A DNA stretch of 64,000 nucleotides from Granulicella sp. (GTDB lineage: Bacteria > Acidobacteriota > Terriglobia > Terriglobales > Acidobacteriaceae), in NCBI GenBank assembly GCA_027339965.1, contig DAHWNL010000021.1, forward strand, positions 1 to 64,000. Reading direction: 5' to 3'. The first letter of the stretch is position 1; each line of letters starts with the position of its first letter. A model generated the notes under the pieces. The model searched no databases, was not told the DNA's origin, and was given only the letters and a program-made list of their open reading frames with translations. Positions 22,766 to 33,368 of this stretch are shown in pieces. A program made the translations under genes and the position numbers.

Positions 22766-23275
22766 TTAGCTACGCATAGACTGTTCCAGGACCGGGGATT
22801 CACTGCCTGCCGTCAGTCTGCGGTACTCCAGCAGCATGTTGGCGCGCCAGCGCAGGATCATCCCAAAGGCGAGCACAAAGAACAGAGCGCCTGACTGCTC
22901 CACGCTCAGCAACTGGTCGAAGTAGCCATGGGCCAGGATGCGCACGGCGGCCAGCACCAGGATCACCGTGAAGAAGGCCGTCGAGCGCTGCATCATGATG
23001 TCCTTTCCCTGCACCACCAGACGCGAGGTGCGCAGCAGAGGATAGGCGAGGCCCACCGCTCCGATGAGAAACGCCACCACACCCCACGTCCAGGGAAAGC
23101 GAAACTGAGGAACCAGAAACATGGAAAAGCCGCTCGCCATGCCCAGGGGAGGGATCACAATCTTTTTCAGCGTGACTGCCGTGCGGCCCTCGCGTATCCG
23201 CCACACCAGCACGCCGGCCAGGCCCAGCAAACCGCCAATTACCGAGATTTTGTCTGGATGAAACATCCTCTCCAT
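22766..23275 (-). CDS. CcdC-like membrane protein (DUF1453)
   Basis: 'KKIVIPPLGMASGFSMF' and 'FFVLAFGMILRWR' match CcdC family; start estimated. Confidence 0.8.
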   Translation of the reverse strand: MERMFHPDKISVIGGLLGLAGVLVWRIREGRTAVTLKKIVIPPLGMASGFSMFLVPQFRFPWTWGVVAFLIGAVGLAYPLLRTSRLVVQGKDIMMQRSTAFFTVILVLAAVRILAHGYFDQLLSVEQSGALFFVLAFGMILRWRANMLLEYRRLTAGSESPVLEQSMRS

Positions 23276-23458
23276 TGTATCCGGTGGAAGATCGTCGCGG
23301 AACCACTCGCTGCCGGCATCATCACGACCGGCAGCAGCACAAAGAAGGCGCCGCAGCGTCTTCGATCCGCTCGGAGCGGCCAACCCGCTGCAGAGCCGCA
23401 CTCTGGAAGCCGCCCATGGAAGCCGAACCGCTGGGGAGTAGCTGTACAGATCATGCTC

Positions 23459-24289
23459 TCAGGCGGGAGCACGCTCCTCCTTCACCCGAACGCCGGAGAG
23501 CAGATCCTGGGCGGAGAGTTCCGCCAGAGCGTCCAAGAGTTGGACCTGAAAGGTTCCCGGACCACGCGACTGAGCGGCGGCTCGCTCGCCAGAGAGCCCA
23601 TAGGCGGCCAGGGCGGTCGCTGTGGCCAGGACAAAGTCAGCTTCCACGGCCGCGCAGGCCCCAATCACCGCCGTGGCCATGCATCCCGTGCCGGTAACTT
23701 TGCCCATCATCGCGTGGCCGTTGGCCACACGTACACAGCGTGTCCCATCGCAGACTCCATCCACCGGGCCCGTGACTGCGGCCACGCAGTGCAGTCGCCG
23801 GGCCAGTTCCGTGGCAATGCCTGCGGGATCTGCGCGGCCGCCGATGGACTCCACGCCCTTGATCTTCGCTTCGACTCCAGCCGCGGGCCCGGCCAGGACA
23901 GCCATTTCTGCCGCATTGCCGCGAACCACAGCGATCGATAGCTCATTCAGCAGGCGCAAGGCACTCTCCGTGCGCAGGCTTGTCGCTCCAGCGCCAACCG
24001 GGTCCAGAATGATGGGTATGCCAAGCTGGTTGGCGCGACGGCCCGCGATGACCATCGCCTCCACCTGCTCCGGCCACAGCGTCCCCAGATTGAGCACCAG
24101 CGCGCCGGCGGCTTCCACCATCTGCTCTACTTCCTCCTTGGCCTGGGCCATCACCGGCAGAGCGCCCATGCATAGGGTGATGTTAGCCACGCCATTCACC
24201 GTAACGTAGTTGGTGATGTGGTGCACCAGCGGACGCCGAGCTCGCACCCGGGCGACAATCTCCGCAATCTGTGCCTGCGTGATGCTCAT
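23459..24289 (-). CDS. thiM: Hydroxyethylthiazole kinase
   Basis: 'PLVHHITNYVT', 'LNLGTL', 'LDPVGAGAT', 'VTGTGC'. Confidence 0.95.
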   Translation of the reverse strand: MSITQAQIAEIVARVRARRPLVHHITNYVTVNGVANITLCMGALPVMAQAKEEVEQMVEAAGALVLNLGTLWPEQVEAMVIAGRRANQLGIPIILDPVGAGATSLRTESALRLLNELSIAVVRGNAAEMAVLAGPAAGVEAKIKGVESIGGRADPAGIATELARRLHCVAAVTGPVDGVCDGTRCVRVANGHAMMGKVTGTGCMATAVIGACAAVEADFVLATATALAAYGLSGERAAAQSRGPGTFQVQLLDALAELSAQDLLSGVRVKEERAPA

Positions 24290-27200
24290 TTCGTCCTCTT
24301 CTTCTCCAGAATCTCAGCCAGATGCACGGCGCGCCGGGGAGAGTTCTGCGCGATCTGCTCCCGGCAACTGAATCCATCGGCCAGGAGCAGGGTCTCGGCA
24401 GAGGCCTGGCGGACGGCGGGAAGAAGAACGCGGTTGGCCAGCGTCTGCGATATCTCATACTTCTCTCGTTCAAAGCCGAACGGGCCGGCCATGCCGCAAC
24501 AGCCCCCGTCCAGTACCGTAACCTCGGCACCGGTCCGTTGCAGCAGCTCCAACTCTGCCTTCATGCTGAAGACGGACTTGTGGTGGCAGTGTCCGTGGAC
24601 GATCACGTCGCTGCCGGCAAGGTCTGGAGTCTGATACTGCGGAGCCCTTTGCAGTAAAAATTCGCTGAGCAGGAAGGTTTGATCGCGCAGCCTCGCGGCG
24701 CGATGGTCTCGGGGAAAAAAATTGCAAAGTTCATCGCGGAAGACGCTGGCGCAGGAGGGCTCCAGCACCACAATGGGCAGACCAGCGTCGATCTGCGGAG
24801 CAAGAATCCGCAGGATCCGCAGCAGATAGCTTCGCGCCTGATCCAACAGCCCAAAGTCATACAAAGGACGGCCGCAGCAGATATGCCGGCGCGGAACCTC
24901 CACCTGGAAACCGGCCTCGGCAAGCACTCCTCGGGCGGCTTCCAGCGTCTGGGGATGATAGTAGTTGTTCCAGGTATCCGGCCACAGCACCACGCTCTGA
25001 GCGGGCGGCTGGGCAGGGGTTCCAGCAGAGCCGGCCTGCCTAGCCCAGCTTTGAAAGCTGTGCGCGGCAAACTGCGGCAGCCTTCGCTCCGCTGCAATCC
25101 CCAGGACTGCCTTGATTCCATCGCGCACCCCCGGAATCTGCAGGGGCAGGTTGGCCAGCCGGGGTGTCAGCCCGGGAATCAAAGAGGCGATTCGTGCCCA
25201 CTTGTCCATGAAGCCAAAGACGTAATCCCGCAAAGGGTGCGGGTTCGTCTGGTAATAGTGGGCCAGAAACTCGGACTTGTAGGTCGCAACGTCCACATTC
25301 ACCGGGCACTCGCTCTTGCAGGCCTTGCAGGAGAGGCAGAGATCCAGAGCCTCCTTCACGGCCGGGCTCGACCAGTCTCTCTTAAGCAGATCACCCTCCA
25401 GCATCTCCCAGAGCAGATGGGCGCGGCCACGCGTGGAGTGCATCTCTTCGCCCGTGGCCATATAGCTCGGGCACATGGTTCCCGCACCCTCCTTGCGGCA
25501 GGCCCCAACCCCGACGCACCGCAGCGTGGCCTCGGCAAAAGAGCCCTTGCCGCTGGAATCCGCCTCGTGGGCGCGCAGATCGTTGGGAAACGCAAAGAAC
25601 GTCTCCACCGGCTTCGGCTTGTAGCCGGGGCCAATCCGCAGGTTGTCCGCCGGGGTGTAGATCTCCGCCGCCATGCCCGCCGGAACCGAGAGTTTTCCGG
25701 GGTTCATCTGGTTGGTGGGATCCCACACTGCCTTGAACTCGCGAAAGGCCTGAATGAGCTCTGGACCAAACATCTTGGGCAACAGCGTCGAGCGAGCCTG
25801 GCCGTCGCCGTGCTCACCGGAGATCGAACCCCCATGGGCCACTACGATATCGGCGGCTAAGTCAATGAACTCAAGGTAACGAGCTACGCCGAACTCGCTT
25901 TCGAAGTCGAAGTTGATGCGCAGGTGAACGCAGCCCTGGCCGAAGTGGCCGTAGATGGGGCTGCGGTAGCCAAACCGGCTCATCAGGGCAAACAGTTGCC
26001 GTAGATAAGATCCCAGCCGCTCGGGTGGGACGGCGGCGTCTTCCCAACCCTCCCAGCCATGGGGTTCGCCCGGAACAAACACCGTCGCGCCCAGAGCGGA
26101 CTCACGCAGATGCCAGATGCGGAGGGCCTCATCCTCTGCGGTAACGATGGCCGCGGGTCTGGCGGCGAACTCTCTGGCTGCAGCGCAAAAGCGCTCCGCC
26201 TGCTGGAGTGCGTCTTCCGGTGTCCAGGCGCCAAACTCCACCAGAAGAAAGGCTTTCTTGCCCGGCGGCAGCAAGCTGATATCGTCCATCGCCAGACGCT
26301 TGCGGCGCATGAACTCGGTGAGCAGAGAATCGAAGCCTTCCAGCCCGATTGGCTTGTGCTCCAGACTGGCCGGCACATGGTCAGCGGCTTGAAAGGCATC
26401 ATCGAATCCAACCACCACCAGGCGGCGGAAGGGCGGACTGGGCATCAACTCCAACTCCGCCCCAACAATAGTTACGCAGGTTCCCTCACTGCCCACCAGC
26501 GATCGCGCTACATGAAAGCCGTTCTCCTCCAGCAGCCAGTCCAGGTTATAGCCGGAGACGCGGCGCGGAATCCTGGGAAAGCGCTCACGAATCAAAGCGC
26601 CGTAACGATCGCGGATGCGGGCCAGACCCTGGTAGACCTGGGCGCGCCGCCCGCCCGCGGCAAGAATAGCGGCCATATCCTCTGCGCTGGTGGCCCCTAC
26701 CGTCATGCGCGTGCCGTCGTAGAGCAGCACATCCAGGCTGCGAATGTTGTCCACGGTTTTTCCGCCCATCAGCGCGTGGGTTCCGCAGGAGTTGTTGCCG
26801 ATCATGCCGCCGATGGTGCAGCGCGAGTGGGTGGCCGGATCGGGAGCAAAGGTGAGCCCATGCTGCTCGGCGGCCTCGCGCACGCGGTCCAGCACGATGC
26901 CGGGCTCAACCCGGGCTCTGCGGGACTCCGGATCGATGCTCTGGATTGAGCGCATGTACTTGGAGAAGTCCAGCACCACGGCCACATTGCAGCATTGTCC
27001 AGCCAAGCTGGTGCCGGCACCGCGGGAGAGCACGGGGGCTCCAAACTCACGGCAGACCGCCAGGGCGGCTTCCACATCCTGAGCGTCCCGAGGAATCAGA
27101 ACTCCGATGGGAGTCTGCCGGTAGTTGGATGAATCAGTCGCGTACAGAGCCCGTGATCCTTCATCAAACCGAACCTCCCCACGGACGGCTGCGCGCAGCC

Positions 27201-27297
27201 GGGAGGCAAGCTGCTCGGGTCCGGGTGAGAAGCCGCCGCGCGCTGCTGCGCCGGAAGCCTGGCTCACAATAGGAAATGGATGATTCTGCTCTTTCAA
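24286..27297 (-). CDS. FAD-binding and Fe-S-binding oxidoreductase (YdiJ/GlcD-GlcF fusion type)
   Basis: 'RGAGTSLAGQ', 'GGMIGNNSCG', 'SGEHGDG', CVGVGAC, CLSCKACKSECP, CCG domains; TTG start with AGGAG RBS. Confidence 0.92.
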   Translation of the reverse strand: MKEQNHPFPIVSQASGAAARGGFSPGPEQLASRLRAAVRGEVRFDEGSRALYATDSSNYRQTPIGVLIPRDAQDVEAALAVCREFGAPVLSRGAGTSLAGQCCNVAVVLDFSKYMRSIQSIDPESRRARVEPGIVLDRVREAAEQHGLTFAPDPATHSRCTIGGMIGNNSCGTHALMGGKTVDNIRSLDVLLYDGTRMTVGATSAEDMAAILAAGGRRAQVYQGLARIRDRYGALIRERFPRIPRRVSGYNLDWLLEENGFHVARSLVGSEGTCVTIVGAELELMPSPPFRRLVVVGFDDAFQAADHVPASLEHKPIGLEGFDSLLTEFMRRKRLAMDDISLLPPGKKAFLLVEFGAWTPEDALQQAERFCAAAREFAARPAAIVTAEDEALRIWHLRESALGATVFVPGEPHGWEGWEDAAVPPERLGSYLRQLFALMSRFGYRSPIYGHFGQGCVHLRINFDFESEFGVARYLEFIDLAADIVVAHGGSISGEHGDGQARSTLLPKMFGPELIQAFREFKAVWDPTNQMNPGKLSVPAGMAAEIYTPADNLRIGPGYKPKPVETFFAFPNDLRAHEADSSGKGSFAEATLRCVGVGACRKEGAGTMCPSYMATGEEMHSTRGRAHLLWEMLEGDLLKRDWSSPAVKEALDLCLSCKACKSECPVNVDVATYKSEFLAHYYQTNPHPLRDYVFGFMDKWARIASLIPGLTPRLANLPLQIPGVRDGIKAVLGIAAERRLPQFAAHSFQSWARQAGSAGTPAQPPAQSVVLWPDTWNNYYHPQTLEAARGVLAEAGFQVEVPRRHICCGRPLYDFGLLDQARSYLLRILRILAPQIDAGLPIVVLEPSCASVFRDELCNFFPRDHRAARLRDQTFLLSEFLLQRAPQYQTPDLAGSDVIVHGHCHHKSVFSMKAELELLQRTGAEVTVLDGGCCGMAGPFGFEREKYEISQTLANRVLLPAVRQASAETLLLADGFSCREQIAQNSPRRAVHLAEILEKKRTK

Positions 27298-27772
27298 ACG
27301 CGCGCTCCTGACCGGGCTTCGGCGCGGCCTGCGCTCTTCCTGCTTTCCACGCCTTTGCCTGCTGAGATGGTAACTCCGTGGCAGAGCATGCGTCATGGTC
27401 CGGCATCACGTGCTGGATCTGCGCCGCGCTAGGTCATCGCATCAGCGGCCAGAATCGCACGCGCGCCGCTGGCCAGGGAGTTGACATCCATCTTTGCCAA
27501 CCCACACAATCGCTCAGCGCGGCTCCACTGCGAAAGAGGATCGCGCAAACCTTGTGTGGATTGGTTCCGCCGAGCGGCCGGTGACTGGCCGCGCTCTGCG
27601 CGCCATCCTCTCGAAGGCTGCTATGCGGGGCTTGGCAACAGGCAGCTGTCTTCCTTACGGAGGGCGCCAACCGACAACTGTTCCCGGTCATTGTTTCCCA
27701 AGGACCCGGATCCCTGCGCCGGCCTGTGGGCTTGACGCCGGCCAAGCTTGCAGCAAGTGAAAGGTGCTGGCG

Positions 27773-29269
27773 ATGAGTTTCATTCTCGCCCTGGATCAGG
27801 GAACCAGTAGCTCCCGCGCCGCAGTCGTCGACATCCAGGGCAACATTCGCGCAGTCGCGCAGCGTGAGCTTCCGCAGATCTACCCGCAATCGGGATGGGT
27901 AGAGCAGGATCCAGAGACGATCTGGTCCTCACAACTGGCTGCCATCCGGGCGGTGATGGAACAAGCTCAGATCCAAGCCCGAGACATCGCCGCCATCGGC
28001 ATCGCCAACCAGCGCGAGACCACCATCGTGTGGGACAGAGCCACTGGCCAACCCATCTTCAACGCACTGGTCTGGCAGGATCGCCGCACCGCGCCTCTCT
28101 GTGACCTGCTCAAATCACAAGGGCACGAACCCCTCGTTCAGCAGAAGACGGGCCTGATCTTTGACCCCTACTTCTCCGCCAGCAAGATTCGCTGGCTGCT
28201 GGATCATATCGAGGGAGCGCGCGCCCGCGCCAGGCAGGGACAGCTCTGCTTTGGGACCGTGGACACATGGTTGCTGTGGAAGCTGACCGACGGGCAGCGG
28301 CATATCACCGACGTGAGCAACGCTTCGCGCACCTTGCTGTTCAACATCCACACCCTGGATTGGGACCAAGAATTGCTAGCGCTCTTTGATATCCCGCGCA
28401 GCATGATGCCGGAGGTGGCCTCCTGCAGCGGTTGGTGCGCCACATCCGGCGCTCCGCTTCCAGGCGTGCCGATCTGTGGCATCGCTGGCGACCAACAGGC
28501 AGCGCTCTTCGGTCAGCGATGCCTGTGGCCGGGGATGGTAAAGAACACCTACGGCACAGGATGCTTCCTGCTGATGCAGACCGGGGAGACGCCGGTACGC
28601 TCCAGCCACCGTCTGTTGACTACTGTTGCATGGCGGAGCAACGGACGCGTTCAATACGCTCTGGAGGGTAGCGTGTTCACCGGAGGATCAGCCGTGCAGT
28701 GGTTGCGCGACGGGCTGGGGATCATCGGCTCCTCAGCCGAGGTGGAGGCGCTGGCTGGCTCCGTGCGGGATAGCGGAGGCGTCTTTTTTGTCCCCGCGCT
28801 TACGGGCATGGGCGCTCCCTACTGGGATCCCGGCGCGCGTGGCCTGATCGCGGGCCTCACCCGGGCTACCACCAGAGCCCACATCGCGCGCGCGACGCTG
28901 GAGGCGATCGCCTTCCAGGTCACAGACGTTCTCAGCGCCATGCAAGCCGACGCTCAGATGACGATTCAGGATCTGCGCGTGGATGGCGGAGCTTCTGCCA
29001 ACCGTCTGCTGATGCAGATGCAGGCTGATCTGCTTGGGGTTCCCGTCGTGCGCGCCGACGTCACGGAGTCAACGCTGCTGGGCGCAGCGTATCTCGCCGG
29101 TCTCGGTTGCGGCTGTTGGAGCGGAGCCGAGGATCTGAATGCGCTCCGGCATGGCGGCCCAAGGAACCAGGACGCAGCGAGCCTCGTTTTTACCCCCTCC
29201 ATCGGCGCAGCGGAGCGCGCTTCACGGTTAGCGCGCTGGAGAGAGGCTGTGCAGCGCTCGCTCCGTTGA
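27773..29269 (+). CDS. glpK: Glycerol kinase
   Basis: '[12 protein letters not shown]', 'NQRETT', '[10 protein letters not shown]', 'KNTYGTGCF', 'RVDGGA'. Confidence 0.95.
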   Translation: MSFILALDQGTSSSRAAVVDIQGNIRAVAQRELPQIYPQSGWVEQDPETIWSSQLAAIRAVMEQAQIQARDIAAIGIANQRETTIVWDRATGQPIFNALVWQDRRTAPLCDLLKSQGHEPLVQQKTGLIFDPYFSASKIRWLLDHIEGARARARQGQLCFGTVDTWLLWKLTDGQRHITDVSNASRTLLFNIHTLDWDQELLALFDIPRSMMPEVASCSGWCATSGAPLPGVPICGIAGDQQAALFGQRCLWPGMVKNTYGTGCFLLMQTGETPVRSSHRLLTTVAWRSNGRVQYALEGSVFTGGSAVQWLRDGLGIIGSSAEVEALAGSVRDSGGVFFVPALTGMGAPYWDPGARGLIAGLTRATTRAHIARATLEAIAFQVTDVLSAMQADAQMTIQDLRVDGGASANRLLMQMQADLLGVPVVRADVTESTLLGAAYLAGLGCGCWSGAEDLNALRHGGPRNQDAASLVFTPSIGAAERASRLARWREAVQRSLR

Positions 29270-29684
29270 GAGGAACATGATTTGCCGAACTTCCCGGAGA
29301 GTCTGCGCCGGCCGGCGAATGAGCCTCGGCCGAGTGGTGGGTTGCAAAGGAGCAGCGGACGCAGAACTCTAGCTCGAATCCATCTTTGAAGACAGGGCAT
29401 GTATGCCGACTATCTGGAAACGGCTTTGCCTGGTAAAGATCGAAGGACGCCGCGCAGGCAGGGGGCGACGGTAGAAAAGCCTGTCTGCAGGGCAGAGCTC
29501 TTTTGGGGTCTGCGGGAATGACGAATTGGGAGGTGGAATCCATGGCAGCGAAGGAAAGCATCCGGCCACGTTGCGAATGATCCAGACAGCCGGCCTGAAC
29601 GATGGTTGGATGTTGCGCCTTGAGTCTTTGCTTACGGACGATTAGGGTGCGTGATGTCTTTTGATCTTGATCTGTTTCGTCCGG

Positions 29685-29810
29685 CAAAACATTTTCAGTG
29701 CAGGCATGAAGGGACTTCTGGATCTCGATCGGCGCTTCCTGAATGAAAGCCCCGCCGCAGGCCCGCTGGGCCCAAATTCCCAGCACATCTCTGAAGGGAA
29801 AATGTTGCTT
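29685..29810 (+). repeat. Degenerate relative of the ~118-bp palindromic repeat
   Basis: Starts AAACATTTTCAGTGCAGG; internal GGCGCTTCC-TGAAT-GAAAGCCCC hairpin; ends GGGAAAATGTTG. Confidence 0.6.
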
Positions 29811-30090
29811 GGGGAAAGACGACGAGCAACTGTCTTTTGCGCAGCGTGCTTTGCGGCAGGCGCAGTTGGAGTTGGGTTGGAGACAGGCGGCTGTAGCCGC
29901 CGGAGATTTTCCCACCAATTTGGCTGAAGTCGCGGCTCCGTGAGCTTTGCGATGCTTATCCGTGGCCGGTTCGTGTGCGCCTGTTGCGCTGGATTTTGTG
30001 AAGCTCTCCGGGGCAACGCGAAAGTTGCGAAGTTCTTTCATTCCTTTCGCACCGGCTGCTTCTGGCGTATTTTGGAATTCGAGGTGAGAG

Positions 30091-31275
30091 ATGGCGACGC
30101 CTTTGGCCAGATTTCTGGATCTACCCAGGCCGGTGAGGGAAGCACGCGGATGGTTACACACTCCGGCAGAGATGGCGCAACAGCCCGAGACCTGGAAGGC
30201 AACGCTGACCGGCTTTGAAGGGCTGCAGCCCAGAGTGAGGGCGTTTTTGGAAGATGTGGGTGTGCGAGCCGCGAAAGAGCTGCGTCCAGCGGTCACCCTG
30301 ATCGGCGCGGGAAGCTCGGACTATGCTGCCGGGGCACTGGAGTTTGTCCTGCGCCGGGGATGGGCATGTGAGGTCTCGGTGGTGGCCAGTACGGAGATGC
30401 TGCCGAATCTGGACGAGTATGCGGCAGCCGGCCAGAGGTCTTTGTGGATCTCCTTTTCCCGCTCCGGGAACTCTCCGGAGGGTGTAGCCGTTCTGCAGCG
30501 GGCGTTGGCCGGCTATCCGGAGATCGCTCACCTGGTGGTGACATGCAACGCCGCCGGCCGGATGGCGGCTCTCTGCCGGGGTGTGCCGCAGGCTTGTGTG
30601 GTGGTTCTGGACGATGCGGTGAACGACCGCAGCCTGGTGATGACCAGCTCCTTTACCAACATGATCGTGCTCGGGCAGTGCTTGGCCCATGCATGGTCGC
30701 TGGATGAGTATCGGCCGGTGCTGGGCCGGTTGGTTGGCGCGGGTGAAGATCTGCTGAAGCGCGGCTCGGCGATGGCGGAGGAGATCGCGCAGCGCTCCTT
30801 TCCAAGGGTCTGCTTTGTGGGCAGCGGAGCGATGGCGAGCGTTGCGAGGGAGTCCGCGCTGAAGGTGCTGGAGATGACGGCAGGCAAGGTGAGGACGATG
30901 GCGGAGACGGTGCTGGGGCTTCGACACGGACCGATGGCCGCGCTGGATCAGCAGACATTGTTTGTCTGCTTCGTCTCCGGAGAGCAGCGGCGTGGGGCGT
31001 ATGCTCGCGACCTGCTGCGCGAGATTGGCCACAAAAGGATCGCCGCGGAGCGCATCGCCGTGGGACCGGCCAACGCGGAGGGCGAATTTGCCGGCCACTG
31101 TGAACGCTATCTTCCGCTGCATGGAGAGGTTGGGGATCATTATCGTCCAGTGCTGGATGTGCTTTTTGGGCAGATGCTGGGATTGTTCTTTTCCGTGGCC
31201 CACGGTCTGCAACCGGATGCGCCGAGCCCGCATGGCGTGATCAGCCGAGTGGTGCAGCGGTTCCAGATTTATTGA
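30091..31275 (+). CDS. SIS-domain sugar-phosphate isomerase/deaminase, AgaS-like
   Basis: 'HTPAEMAQQP', 'GAGSSDY', 'SFSRSGNSPE', 'MTSSFT', 'GLRHGPM', 'DAPSPHGVISRVVQ'. Confidence 0.88.
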   Translation: MATPLARFLDLPRPVREARGWLHTPAEMAQQPETWKATLTGFEGLQPRVRAFLEDVGVRAAKELRPAVTLIGAGSSDYAAGALEFVLRRGWACEVSVVASTEMLPNLDEYAAAGQRSLWISFSRSGNSPEGVAVLQRALAGYPEIAHLVVTCNAAGRMAALCRGVPQACVVVLDDAVNDRSLVMTSSFTNMIVLGQCLAHAWSLDEYRPVLGRLVGAGEDLLKRGSAMAEEIAQRSFPRVCFVGSGAMASVARESALKVLEMTAGKVRTMAETVLGLRHGPMAALDQQTLFVCFVSGEQRRGAYARDLLREIGHKRIAAERIAVGPANAEGEFAGHCERYLPLHGEVGDHYRPVLDVLFGQMLGLFFSVAHGLQPDAPSPHGVISRVVQRFQIY

Positions 31276-31322
31276 AGCGGCTCGAAATCCTGCTCTTCCG
31301 AAGGCGATTTTGCCGGGAGGTT

Positions 31323-31928
31323 CTAGTGCGATTTCGCAATCTCCTGGTCCAAGGCTTGAAGCTGCTGGGGGGTGAGCTGCTGGCGGATCTGAAGGAGCAT
31401 GTGGGCGTTCTCTTTCTCGAGATTGCCGCGAGCCTGAGAGACCCGGTCGATGGCGGCAAAGACCTTGCTCTCGTTCTGAAGATCGGCATGCGAGAGGGAG
31501 GCGAGGCCGTTCTCCTGCTGCTGATACTTGGTGTAAAGATCCAGCAGAGCCGGTTTGTTGGCTTCGAAGATTGTGTCCATACGTCGTTGCTGATCCGGAG
31601 AGATTTTTAGCTTGCGCATGGTGTGATGGTCATCCCACCAGCGGCCCCCGAGGCCGAGTTGCAGGCCCATGCGGGGCTGATTGGATGAGCGCGAACCGAT
31701 CGCGTTGTCGCGGTGACTCCCGCGCAGGTTGCCGTTGCGGGGCCCCATGATCGACCCGCCGGCGCCGGACATACCCATGGAACGTTGCCCCATCGCCATC
31801 CCTCTAGCAGAACCGCCACGCTGGCCCAGCGCCGGCCATGCGCAGGCGAGAGCCAGACAGAGCCAGACACCGGCAAGAAGAGGAAATCTCTCTCGAGTGG
31901 GACGTCGAGATGGGAGTTGCAGCTTCAA
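31323..31928 (-). CDS. Periplasmic Spy/CpxP (LTXXQ) family protein
   Basis: Signal peptide; 'GRWWDD...LKISPDQQRRMDTIF'; 'IRQQLTPQQ'; start estimated. Confidence 0.8.
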   Translation of the reverse strand: MKLQLPSRRPTRERFPLLAGVWLCLALACAWPALGQRGGSARGMAMGQRSMGMSGAGGSIMGPRNGNLRGSHRDNAIGSRSSNQPRMGLQLGLGGRWWDDHHTMRKLKISPDQQRRMDTIFEANKPALLDLYTKYQQQENGLASLSHADLQNESKVFAAIDRVSQARGNLEKENAHMLLQIRQQLTPQQLQALDQEIAKSH

Positions 31929-31935
31929 GCGGTCT

Positions 31936-32631
31936 CTAATCCTGAACGGATGATGGCTGGCCATCAGAGGCGTTAAGGGAGACCAAGCCAAGGGTCACCG
32001 GATTGTCCGCAGACGGATTGGAAGCGGCCTCGATGGCTTGTAGCATGTGGTTTTCAGCGGCGATCTGGGCAGCGCTTGGTGCCGGCTCAGGAGACCCGCC
32101 GCCGGGAGCCGGCGAGTGGCGCGCGTAGCCCTGCGTAGCGGGATGATGAATAGCCGGTCCACAGTTTGCAGCCGATTGCAGATCGGTGTTTGTTCCAGCC
32201 TGGGCGGTTGTGACGTTTAGAGCGAAGGAGGCCACAGAGGACGCTGTTACCAGCGTTGAGACCGGGGTGGAGACGGGGTTGAGGGGCCAGGACGATTCGC
32301 CCTTGCCGGAAAAGGAGCCGCTGAAGGCATTGCTCAGCGCGATCCCTACGGCGAGTGTCAGGCAGGCTGTGGCCCAGGAAGAGCGAAGCTGCCAACGAGA
32401 TTGCCGCGAGATGGGGGACGGGGCAGGCAGCGCAGCCGAGCGGCGTTCGCTCCAGGCCGTGGCGACGAGCCGAAAGCTCTCCAGGGGAGAGCGGGCCGCC
32501 AGCACGCGCTCGGCGCACTCGGAGCATGTGGCCAGGTGAGCGGCGGGTGCGGCGGCGAGGTCTCCAATAAGGTAGTCCTCAATCTGAGGGGGGGTGAGAT
32601 GGGTGGTCTGAAACTCCGGATAATCGTTCAT
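31936..32631 (-). CDS. Putative zinc-binding anti-sigma factor
   Basis: 'HL...HLATCSEC' (HxxxCxxC) followed by a TM segment; directly downstream of the ECF sigma gene (ATGA overlap). Confidence 0.75.
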   Translation of the reverse strand: MNDYPEFQTTHLTPPQIEDYLIGDLAAAPAAHLATCSECAERVLAARSPLESFRLVATAWSERRSAALPAPSPISRQSRWQLRSSWATACLTLAVGIALSNAFSGSFSGKGESSWPLNPVSTPVSTLVTASSVASFALNVTTAQAGTNTDLQSAANCGPAIHHPATQGYARHSPAPGGGSPEPAPSAAQIAAENHMLQAIEAASNPSADNPVTLGLVSLNASDGQPSSVQD

Positions 32632-33368
32632 GATGCTTCTCCGGCAGTCTGGGAGTGGGGCTGGGCTTGAGATTGGGCCGCGCGGCAGAGTGTCGGCTCC
32701 GCCCGATGGATAGAGCGTGAGATAGGAGCGGGTCTGGGAGCCGCGTGGGCTCCCGGAGCGCTCAACCTGGACGGCATCTGCCTGAGGTGTTGGGACGCCC
32801 CCACCTGGGCGCGCACGGAACGCAAAGCCCGGTGGAGATGAGTCTTTACGGTGTTAACTGGAATATTGGTAGCCGCGGAGATCTCCGCCAGCTCCATCTC
32901 CTGGGCAAACCGCATGAGGAAGACGGTGCGCTGCTTCGGCGATAGATGATTCAGGGCGGCATACACCAAAGATGTCTTTTCCCTCACCAGCAGAAGGTTC
33001 TCCGGAGAAGTCTCCGGACTGGGAAGAAAGTGGGCGGCTTCGCCGATGTCGATGGCGGTTGCTCGGGCTTGGCGCCAGAAGCGAAACTTCTTCAGCCGCA
33101 TCTGATCCCGAATCAGGTTGACGGCGATACTGGTGAGCCAGGTGCTGACGGAGCAGTCGTTGCGGAACCGGTCGCGGGTCTTGTAGGCCTTGAGGAAGCA
33201 GTCCTGGGTGATAGACTCCGCCAGATCCGCGTCGCCGATCGAGAAGGCGACAAAGCGCAGCAGGCGAGGCCTGTACTTTCGTACCAGGCTCTCTATATCA
33301 TCAAGCTCCGAGCCCTCCCCCTCAGCGCGGTGAACTTGAGCGATCGATGCATCCAGAGCTACTTGCAT
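32628..33368 (-). CDS. ECF RNA polymerase sigma factor
   Basis: Region 2 'AESITQDCFLKAY...STWLTSIAVN'; region 4 'LSPKQRTVF...EIS...VNTVKTHLHRA'; start estimated. Confidence 0.92.
   Translation of the reverse strand: MQVALDASIAQVHRAEGEGSELDDIESLVRKYRPRLLRFVAFSIGDADLAESITQDCFLKAYKTRDRFRNDCSVSTWLTSIAVNLIRDQMRLKKFRFWRQARATAIDIGEAAHFLPSPETSPENLLLVREKTSLVYAALNHLSPKQRTVFLMRFAQEMELAEISAATNIPVNTVKTHLHRALRSVRAQVGASQHLRQMPSRLSAPGAHAAPRPAPISRSIHRAEPTLCRAAQSQAQPHSQTAGEAS

Noticed and set aside
27297..27773. TPP riboswitch for the oxidoreductase-thiM unit
   Set aside because: No CTGAGA...CCTGA...AATGC core found on the appropriate strand.
29190..30296. 368-aa minus-strand ORF between glpK and agaS
   Set aside because: It overlaps both flanking genes, crosses a repeat element and has no recognisable motif.
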